Of a stretch of 64,000 nt of DNA, positions 56,902 through 64,000 are shown piece after piece. Numbering within the stretch: position 1 is the stretch's first letter; every line of letters begins with the position of its first letter. Below the pieces are notes generated by a model that worked only from the letters and a program-made list of their open reading frames with translations, was not told the DNA's origin and did no database searches. A program made the position numbers and the translations under genes. The stretch is from Candidatus Heimdallarchaeota archaeon (GTDB lineage: Archaea > Asgardarchaeota > Heimdallarchaeia > Heimdallarchaeales > Heimdallarchaeaceae). Where the stretch lies: contig JAEOSZ010000055.1 of the NCBI GenBank assembly GCA_016840095.1, forward strand, positions 1-64,000, in the 5' to 3' direction.

Positions 56902-58260
56902 CTAATTTGTTGCAGCTGTAATATCTATATCATCTATTAGCACATGAGGTATAAAAGTTGGAACTTCAACTTCCCAGCTTTTAATTTGTTTAATTTCCTT
57001 TCCAAGAGCTGAGATATTTTTGAATATATTATGCATTGTATCACTGATTCTTAACTCTCTAACAGGTTTAGAGATTTCTCCATTTTCTACAAGAAACATA
57101 CCGTCTCTTGGAATAGAAGAGAATATTCCATCAGCATAGCTGGTAAACCTTGTATACCAGTTGTTAGTAATATATAGAGTTGGTTTTCCTTTAGTTAATT
57201 CTAGTAATTCATCAAAAGAATGCTCTCCTGGTTCGAAGAAAACATTGGTATTCTCTGGAGCAATAAGTCCTGCATTTCCAGTACTTGTAGTACCAGCTTT
57301 TTTAGCAGTTGATGTATTATGAATAAAACCTTTCAGTATACCTTTTTCAACAATAACATTTCGACCAGTTGGATGACCTTCGTCATCAAAGGATTTAGAT
57401 CCTAATCCATTTGGTAGAAGTGCATCATCATAAACAGAAACATTTTCTGGTCCTATTGATTCTCCAATTTTATCTTTTAGCCATGAAAATCCTATTTCTA
57501 CATTGAAAGGATTTGCTGCTCTGGGAGTGGCTGCAACAATATCTGCTGCAACTCTAGGTTCTAACAGAATACTATATCTTCCTGGTTTTCCATTGGTTCC
57601 ACTAGTAGACATCTTAGCTATTTCTCCTGCTCTTGCACCAGCTTTTTCGAAATCAACTTTGGATGAAAGCCTTCCCACATCGACATTCGCACCTGAACTG
57701 GTATCATCAATAAATGATCTGATACTAAATTCATAACTTGTAGAATTCTCCGAAATACTCGCTCCTTTTGAGGAAAGAAGATGATCTTCTCTTGCTTCCC
57801 AAACAAGTACACCAGCAGATCTCTTAGCACCTTCTGCTTCAGCTGCGTTTATTGCTTCTTGAACTCTATCAATTGATTGATCATGGAATTCAATAAAATC
57901 TGAATCAACTAAATATTCAATCGTTGGATAACTAAAAGGACCATCAGATATACCAAAATAGTTCTGATTTTGTGGTAAGGAGTTTGATAGTTTTTCTAAG
58001 GATTCAAGTGCAGCAACAATAGAATCATCAGAAAGATCCTCTATATCTACAGCTACAGTTTTAGACTTTTTAGCAGCAAAAACACTTAATTGAAGTGATG
58101 CCCAGTTTTTGGCAATTGTTATTTGACTATCAGCAAACCGTAACTGAGATCGATTCCCTCTAGTTGCTGATATAACAAAATCATCAAATTCTAATGAATT
58201 GAGCTTATTTGCTGTAAAATCTAGTATATTTTCGATATCAATTTTTCCCATAATCTTCAC
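56902..58260 (-). CDS. pmbA: TldE/PmbA family protein
   Basis: GRYSILLEP, FDDEGHPT, STGNAG, GEISKPVRELRI; no HExxH. Confidence 0.9.
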   Translation of the reverse strand: MKIMGKIDIENILDFTANKLNSLEFDDFVISATRGNRSQLRFADSQITIAKNWASLQLSVFAAKKSKTVAVDIEDLSDDSIVAALESLEKLSNSLPQNQNYFGISDGPFSYPTIEYLVDSDFIEFHDQSIDRVQEAINAAEAEGAKRSAGVLVWEAREDHLLSSKGASISENSTSYEFSIRSFIDDTSSGANVDVGRLSSKVDFEKAGARAGEIAKMSTSGTNGKPGRYSILLEPRVAADIVAATPRAANPFNVEIGFSWLKDKIGESIGPENVSVYDDALLPNGLGSKSFDDEGHPTGRNVIVEKGILKGFIHNTSTAKKAGTTSTGNAGLIAPENTNVFFEPGEHSFDELLELTKGKPTLYITNNWYTRFTSYADGIFSSIPRDGMFLVENGEISKPVRELRISDTMHNIFKNISALGKEIKQIKSWEVEVPTFIPHVLIDDIDITAATN

Positions 58261-59705
58261 CTGACCTCCACATCTCTTATCCTCATAAAGGAACCTCCAT
58301 GATAGACTGGAGCACCTTGCATAGGATCACCTTTTCCACATGTTGCAGCATCAAATTCAAGATATTTTTCTTTAGCTACTGCATCAACTGATCCCCACAA
58401 CTTAGGAGTAGTAGTTTCAAAAACTGGTCTTCGAACTAGATGTTTGATTTCACCATTTTCAATGAGGTATGCTTCTAATCCAACATATTTAGAATGATAT
58501 CTTCTGTCATCTATGTTCCATTCAGTGAAATTATTCATTAGAACACCAAGTTTAATGTCTTCGAATAATTCTTCATATTCGAATGTTCCCGGTGCTAAGT
58601 AAGTATTTGCCATTCTTGGAATTGGTTCTCTGTTAAATCCAATTGCTCTTGCAGCTGCTGTGCTGTTTGTATTCATCCACGCTGCACTTTCTCTGTTATG
58701 TAGCATTTCATCAAAAATACCTTTATTATGTAAATATCGAGGACCAGCTTTTACACCTTCATCATCGTACAGATAGTACCCATAAGATCCTTCCAAAGTA
58801 GGATCATCAATGATAGTTACATATTCAGAACCTATTTGCTGTCCAATCATGTCTTCCTTCAGATAACTTTCACCAGCTTGAGCTCCTTCTCTCCCTAGGA
58901 TACGATCTCCCTCAGTAGGATGACCTGTGTTCTCATGACACATAATACCTATTACATTCGGACCTACAACATAATCTATTATTCCCTTTGGAGCTTCCTT
59001 TGAATCAGTTACTATTTTACTTAAGGTAGTTGCTTCTTTGTTAGCATACTCTTCAATTTTCCAGAAATCCAAAGATTCTAAACCTCCAGTTTTTCCTTTT
59101 TGAATCATGAGTTGTTCTTTTGAACCAGTGGTAGGATTGACAGCTACTAATAATCCAAATAGCTCTATCCTATCTATCTCACTTTCAATCTTAGCTCCTT
59201 CATTTGTAACAATATACTTCTTTTCTGTGCTATCGAGCATTTGAAAGAATCTGAAAGGTATAACTGCATTTGTTTTAAGTTCAGCAAGTTGTTTGTCCAT
59301 TTCCATCAATCTGTTAATCTTTGATTCCGGATCAACTTGCAATGGTCGTTTACCAGTTTCACCAAGTGAATCATATTTCACTTCATGAACTTTTTCATCA
59401 CTAAAAATAATCTTTTTGGATCTTCTTTTACCAGTAGCTTCTGCCATTTTAGTTGCAAAAGCAACTGCAATATTCATCTCTTCCTTTGTCATTTCATTGA
59501 AACTAGCGAAACCCACTCCTCCATCTTTGAGTACTCTAATACCTATACCATTGAATCTTTGAAAGCCACCTAATTCAGGGATACCATTTTTAAGAATACT
59601 AACATTGGTAGAGTCTTTCACATATCTTGCTTCAATATACTTTGCACCAAGTTTTTCTCCTTCTTCTATAGCTTTATCTGCTAAATCATATGAGCTTGAA
59701 GGCAT
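58257..59705 (-). CDS. tldD: TldD family metalloprotease
   Basis: HENTGHPTEGDR, YDDEGV, PRMANTY, CGKGDPMQ. Confidence 0.93.
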   Translation of the reverse strand: MPSSSYDLADKAIEEGEKLGAKYIEARYVKDSTNVSILKNGIPELGGFQRFNGIGIRVLKDGGVGFASFNEMTKEEMNIAVAFATKMAEATGKRRSKKIIFSDEKVHEVKYDSLGETGKRPLQVDPESKINRLMEMDKQLAELKTNAVIPFRFFQMLDSTEKKYIVTNEGAKIESEIDRIELFGLLVAVNPTTGSKEQLMIQKGKTGGLESLDFWKIEEYANKEATTLSKIVTDSKEAPKGIIDYVVGPNVIGIMCHENTGHPTEGDRILGREGAQAGESYLKEDMIGQQIGSEYVTIIDDPTLEGSYGYYLYDDEGVKAGPRYLHNKGIFDEMLHNRESAAWMNTNSTAAARAIGFNREPIPRMANTYLAPGTFEYEELFEDIKLGVLMNNFTEWNIDDRRYHSKYVGLEAYLIENGEIKHLVRRPVFETTTPKLWGSVDAVAKEKYLEFDAATCGKGDPMQGAPVYHGGSFMRIRDVEVR

Positions 59706-59827
59706 GTTCGGAAATTAAGAAAGGATATATTTAAAGCTATTCGAAAACTAATTGTGCAAAATAGGTGCTAAATATTTTTAATATACTCATTCTAATAACT
59801 GCCATTCATAACTGAAGGTTTGAATAG

Positions 59828-61507
59828 ATGTCTAAAATCGCCACAAAAAATTCTGTTGTTGAGGGAGTAGAATTAGCAGGTGCAAAGATTCAGAAAAGAA
59901 TAGTTTCTCTAGATTTTCAAAGAGGTTTAGCTATTTTTCTTATGGTTTTCTTTCATTCACTTCAACATTTGTATGATATAGGATGGGCAACAAATGTTGA
60001 TGAACTTTTCAAGATGAATATTCTTGTAATTCTCAGTGTCATTCTTATGGCTTTTTTTACTGGTTGGGCTGGTTACTTTCTAATAATTTCTGCAATTGTT
60101 AATGCTTTGGCTATGTCAAAAAGAGCATCAAGAGGTCACAAACCTGCTCAGATATTAGCTAAGCAAATTCTAACAGGTCTTGGTATTTTATTTGCTGCAA
60201 TGCTTACTGAAGGTTTGTTTGGATATTATGGCTATTTGGGAAGTGGATTGAGAACAGGAAATTGGACTTCTTCAAGGTTTCTTCAAACTTTCGTAGGTAG
60301 ATCATTCTTCATGATGGAAACTTTACAAACTATAGGGTGGTGTATGATGATCACTGGTGTAATTCATTTTCTACTTATAAGAAGTGGTGGTTTCAAAAAA
60401 ATTAAACGAAATATCATCATTTATGCAATTTTAACATTAGTAATTATTGTATTGAGTCCTGTAATGTGGAATTGGACAGATAACATGAATTGGGGAGGAT
60501 ATTATAATCTTAACTTCTTCTCTGAAATAAGTGTTGATAGTAGATATTATACTAGTTTTAGGTGGCCAAATGAGTTTGATCAGTATAAAATTGGTACTTT
60601 TAAAGCTAGTTTCTTCTCTTTACTAACAGGTGATCTCGAACCATTATTTCCATTTATGTCAACTTCCTTTCTAGGAGCACTAATTGGTACAATTTTAGCT
60701 AAAGAAGATCCCCCAGAAAGACTTCCATTTTATGGTGCAATGACAGCACTTGGATTTATTGCTACCGGTGCAATTCTTATAGCAGCAGGACTGCCCTTTG
60801 ATTTTACATGGTATAGACCAATGATGTCCTATTTCTTGATTTTAATGGGGACATGGGTAGGTGTCATATCATTACTGCTGTACAAAGTAGAATACAGAGG
60901 AAAGCCTAATAAATTTGCTAAAAGAAGAGTTGTTAGTTTGATGCGTCTTTGGGGAATTATCTCTTTAACAATTTTTTCACTACAAATATTTTCACTTTTT
61001 CCTAGATGGGTACTGAGTTTCTTGTTAAAAGATGTAAATTTAGTAAATCAAAGACTACCTTTTGGTCAGGAAGGATTTGTTTTGCTTATCTGCTTCTATA
61101 TTCTGTTTGCATACCATTTTCTAGTAAAACTTTGGAGCAAATTTAACTTCAATTATTCTTTTGAATGGTTCATAATAAGATTCTCAAGTATTGGTTCTGG
61201 ACAAGATGTTTCTCAGAGATTAAATGTTGACACTGTAATGAATAAAACAGAATGGTATAGTTTTAAGAGAGAAGAGGTTTATCGCGTTTCTGCAATTATC
61301 TTATGTATTCTACTAGGCTTCTTAGGGATGCACAGATTTTACATAAACAATACAGATTCTAATTTGTTAGGAATTCAGAAATTAAAATTAAAAAATAAGA
61401 AGATAGGTTTTGTTTATCTACTTACTGGAGGACTTCTGTTTGCTGGCGTAATTTATGATTTGTATCTTATTATTAATAGCAAAGAACCTTTCAATATGAA
61501 ATGGTAA
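59828..61507 (+). CDS. HGSNAT/DUF1624-like membrane acyltransferase fused to a C-terminal TM2 domain
   Basis: RIVSLDFQRGLAIFLMVFFH, PLFPF, SFEW; C-terminal LCILLGFLGMHRFY...YLLTGG...IYDLYLI. Confidence 0.8.
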   Translation: MSKIATKNSVVEGVELAGAKIQKRIVSLDFQRGLAIFLMVFFHSLQHLYDIGWATNVDELFKMNILVILSVILMAFFTGWAGYFLIISAIVNALAMSKRASRGHKPAQILAKQILTGLGILFAAMLTEGLFGYYGYLGSGLRTGNWTSSRFLQTFVGRSFFMMETLQTIGWCMMITGVIHFLLIRSGGFKKIKRNIIIYAILTLVIIVLSPVMWNWTDNMNWGGYYNLNFFSEISVDSRYYTSFRWPNEFDQYKIGTFKASFFSLLTGDLEPLFPFMSTSFLGALIGTILAKEDPPERLPFYGAMTALGFIATGAILIAAGLPFDFTWYRPMMSYFLILMGTWVGVISLLLYKVEYRGKPNKFAKRRVVSLMRLWGIISLTIFSLQIFSLFPRWVLSFLLKDVNLVNQRLPFGQEGFVLLICFYILFAYHFLVKLWSKFNFNYSFEWFIIRFSSIGSGQDVSQRLNVDTVMNKTEWYSFKREEVYRVSAIILCILLGFLGMHRFYINNTDSNLLGIQKLKLKNKKIGFVYLLTGGLLFAGVIYDLYLIINSKEPFNMKW

Positions 61508-61598
61508 GAACTTCTTTCCTTCTTTCTTTTTTGGTTGAGCGATACTTTATTAAATTACAGACCAAATTAATTGAATTAGAACATATGGAGTAAGAACT

Positions 61599-62426
61599 AT
61601 GGTTTTAGCTACATGGCAGATCATATTGATAGGTACTGGTGCTTCTCTGTTTGCAGGTTTAGCAACAGCATTTGGAGCTATTCCTGTCTTTTTCAAGAAA
61701 GATATTAGTGATAAAACGTTAGATTTGTTACTTGGATTTGCTGCAGGGGTGATGCTTGCTGCTTCAGCTTTTAGTCTTTTAGTGCCAGCTCTAAACTTAG
61801 ATCCTGTTCCATTTGGACCCAAATTTGAGTTAGATACTATCTGGTTAGTTGTTATTGGTGTTGTAATAGGAGCGGTTTTCATAGACATCATAGACAAATG
61901 GGCTCCTCATGAACATTTTATTTCTGGTCCAGAAGGAAAGATGTCCAAACGGTTAGCTGCTACATGGTTGTTTATTATAGCAATTACTATTCATAATTTC
62001 CCAGAAGGTTTAGCAGTTGGTGTTAGTTTTGGAAATGGAGATGTTGCAGAAGGTTCAGTTGTTGCTATTGCTATTGGTTTACAAAATATCCCTGAAGGTA
62101 CGGCTGTTGCAATGCCACTCTTAAGAGAAGGTTATTCAAAGAAAAAAGCGTTCATGATAGCAGCACTATCTGGATTGGTTGAACCACTTGGAGCAATTCT
62201 AGGTGTTGCTGCAGTTTCTATTGCTCAATTTTTCCTTGCATTTGGAATGGCTTTTGCAGCTGGAGCAATGATTTTTGTAGTTATTGACGAGATTATACCT
62301 GAAACGCATGGAAAAGAATATGCTAGACTGGTTACTTTTGGAGTCATTGTTGGATTCGTAATAATGATGTTCTTGGATAATTTCATAGAACCCTTATTAG
62401 CTGACTTAATAGGTCCAATAACGTGA
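61599..62426 (+). CDS. ZIP family (GufA/ZupT) metal transporter
   Basis: GFAAGVML, IHNFPEGLAVG, QNIPEG, SGLVEP, DEIIPE. Confidence 0.95.
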   Translation: MVLATWQIILIGTGASLFAGLATAFGAIPVFFKKDISDKTLDLLLGFAAGVMLAASAFSLLVPALNLDPVPFGPKFELDTIWLVVIGVVIGAVFIDIIDKWAPHEHFISGPEGKMSKRLAATWLFIIAITIHNFPEGLAVGVSFGNGDVAEGSVVAIAIGLQNIPEGTAVAMPLLREGYSKKKAFMIAALSGLVEPLGAILGVAAVSIAQFFLAFGMAFAAGAMIFVVIDEIIPETHGKEYARLVTFGVIVGFVIMMFLDNFIEPLLADLIGPIT

Positions 62427-62457
62427 CACCCAACAAGGGAAAATTTAGAATAAAGAA

Positions 62458-63732
62458 TTAAGGATAAATTCCCCTTAATTCATATTGTTTAACTATTGTT
62501 TCTAGAGCAACTGTATAAGCTGATAATCTCATATCATTAATACAGCATTCATCAGCGTGATCAAAGATTTTATCAAAAGCTCTTACCATGATTTCTTCTA
62601 ACTTGCTATTTACTTCTTCTTCTGTCCAGAATAATGCATCATTTCCTTGAACCCATTCAAAGTAACTTACAGTAACACCACCTGCATTAGCTAGGATATC
62701 AGGTAAAACTAGAACATTATTATCTTTCAGAATTTCATCTGCTCCTGGTGTAGTTGGTCCATTTGCTCCTTCTGCAACAATCTTTGCTTTAACAGTGTGA
62801 GCATTATATTTAGTAATTACACTTTCAACTGCACACGGAGCTAGAACATCAACTTCCAAAGCAAATAACTCATCGTTTGTAATATCTTTAGTTGAGTGTT
62901 GATAACCAACAACTGAACGATCTGAATTGTCTGGATTTTCATATACATATTTGTACAAATCTTCTACATCGAATCCATTTTCGTTGTAGATACCACCTTT
63001 CCAATCAGAAACACCTACAACTTTAGCTCCATTTTCAGCAATTATTCTAGCAAACCATGAACCTACATTTCCAAATCCTTGAACTGCTACAGTAGCACCT
63101 TCCATCTCTATTCCTAATCTCTTCATAGCTTGACGAGTTACAAAATAGACTCCTCTTCCTGTTGCAGCAGCTCTGCCAAGAGAACCACCAAGCTCAACAG
63201 GTTTACCAGTAACTACTCCTAATGCAGAATGGCCACCCCACATCGAGTAGGTGTCATAAATCCAAGCCATTTCTCTAGCTGATGTGTTGATATCTGGAGC
63301 TGGAATGTCACTTCTAGGATTAAAGACATTGATCATCTGGTGAGTGTATCTTCTGGTTACTTTTTCAATTTCTTTTAGTGACATTTCTCTTGGGTTACAG
63401 ATAACTCCACCTTTTGCTCCGGAATATGGTAAACCTACAATTGCACATTTGAAAGTCATCCAAAAGGCAAGAGCCATAACTTCCTCTCTAGTTACATGAG
63501 GACTGAATCTTATTCCTCCTTTGTTTGGAAGATTTTCATTGTGATGTACTCGAAAACCTGTGAATATCTCAACTCGTCCATCATCCATAACTACTGGAAA
63601 ATTAGTTTCAACTATTCTAATTGGATGTTTTAGAATTTTCATGATATTCTCATCAATATCCAGAACTTCACCTACTTTTTCTAGCTGTTTAACAGCCATC
63701 CTCCATGGATCAATAGCATGCTCTTCTGTCAT
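62458..63732 (-). CDS. gdhA: Glutamate dehydrogenase (Glu/Leu/Phe/Val family)
   Basis: KGGIRF, MTFKCA, GAKGG, PAPD, TGKP.ELGGS, VQGFGNVG, EGANGP, NAGGVTVSYFEW. Confidence 0.95.
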   Translation of the reverse strand: MTEEHAIDPWRMAVKQLEKVGEVLDIDENIMKILKHPIRIVETNFPVVMDDGRVEIFTGFRVHHNENLPNKGGIRFSPHVTREEVMALAFWMTFKCAIVGLPYSGAKGGVICNPREMSLKEIEKVTRRYTHQMINVFNPRSDIPAPDINTSAREMAWIYDTYSMWGGHSALGVVTGKPVELGGSLGRAAATGRGVYFVTRQAMKRLGIEMEGATVAVQGFGNVGSWFARIIAENGAKVVGVSDWKGGIYNENGFDVEDLYKYVYENPDNSDRSVVGYQHSTKDITNDELFALEVDVLAPCAVESVITKYNAHTVKAKIVAEGANGPTTPGADEILKDNNVLVLPDILANAGGVTVSYFEWVQGNDALFWTEEEVNSKLEEIMVRAFDKIFDHADECCINDMRLSAYTVALETIVKQYELRGIYP

Positions 63733-63806
63733 GAGTAACTCAAAAACTGTTCTTTTTTTAAATTTTCTTACTATACTAAGTTTGTTTGGTCCAAGTTAAG
63801 AAAAAT

Positions 63807-64000
63807 TCATACAGGTGGAAATTCTAATGGAAATTGATCGGTGGAGTTACTTGGTCCATCAATATAATAATCTCCAGATAACCATTCAGACCAGAAATTC
63901 CCCTCAGAAGAACTACTTGACCATTCACTAAAATTTCCTTCATCATATGCTTGAGATGTTCCTAATAAGTTATTGAAATAGAACGAATTAAGAAATATTT
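63807..64000 (-). CDS. C-terminal end of a NosD/CASH beta-helix protein (5'-partial, not in ORF track)
   Basis: ...NSFYFNNLLGTSQAYDEGNFSEW...EGNFWSEWLSGDYYIDGPSNSTDQFPLEFPPV*; same cap as 1..1099 and 33893..35518. Confidence 0.85.
   Translation of the reverse strand, partial: IFLNSFYFNNLLGTSQAYDEGNFSEWSSSSSEGNFWSEWLSGDYYIDGPSNSTDQFPLEFPPV

Noticed and set aside
56902-59705. TldD/E as part of a RiPP cluster
   Set aside because: No precursor peptide, YcaO or radical SAM gene nearby; TldD/E are widespread housekeeping proteases in archaea.
515-63799. Short antisense or alternate-frame ORFs in the track (e.g. 515..817, 4576..4908, 21419..21811, 41584..41859, 44145..44438, 61550..61897)
   Set aside because: Shadows of well-supported genes; no motifs or translation signals.
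1-64000. tRNA, rRNA, transposase, integrase or prophage genes
   Set aside because: No GC-rich structural RNA stretch, cloverleaf or mobility motif recognised; intergenic gaps are short and AT-rich.

Overview
AT-rich (about 30% GC by eye), gene-dense prokaryotic chromosomal segment. It is most consistent with an archaeon, probably Asgard/Heimdallarchaeia-like. That is inference from TATA-like promoters, T-tract terminators, GGTGA/GGAG SD motifs, several NosD/CASH beta-helix proteins, archaeal-type MgtE and PHP families, and many surface proteins with a C-terminal TM plus basic tail. About 62 CDS. I found no rRNA, tRNA, CRISPR array, transposase or integrase. Content: peptide/amino-acid catabolism (TldD/TldE, oligoendopeptidase F, glutamate dehydrogenase, saccharopine/lysine dehydrogenase, a CoA-activase triad), transporters (ABC-2 exporter, DMT, MgtE, ZIP), five membrane acyltransferases, surface proteins, small regulators and redox proteins. 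The most striking observation is a family of CIRCULARLY PERMUTED OppA/DppA (family 5) substrate-binding proteins: two full-length, C-terminally anchored copies and a secreted one-lobe mini version, none next to a permease. Other leads are a six-copy array phased at exactly 20 bp (13671-13790), a multi-hairpin structured intergenic element (7368-7463), tandem 7-Cys microproteins, a SatD/membrane-protein pair, and a triplicated OpgC-like acyltransferase locus divergent from an ABC exporter. All family calls come from motif recognition by eye; no database searches were run.
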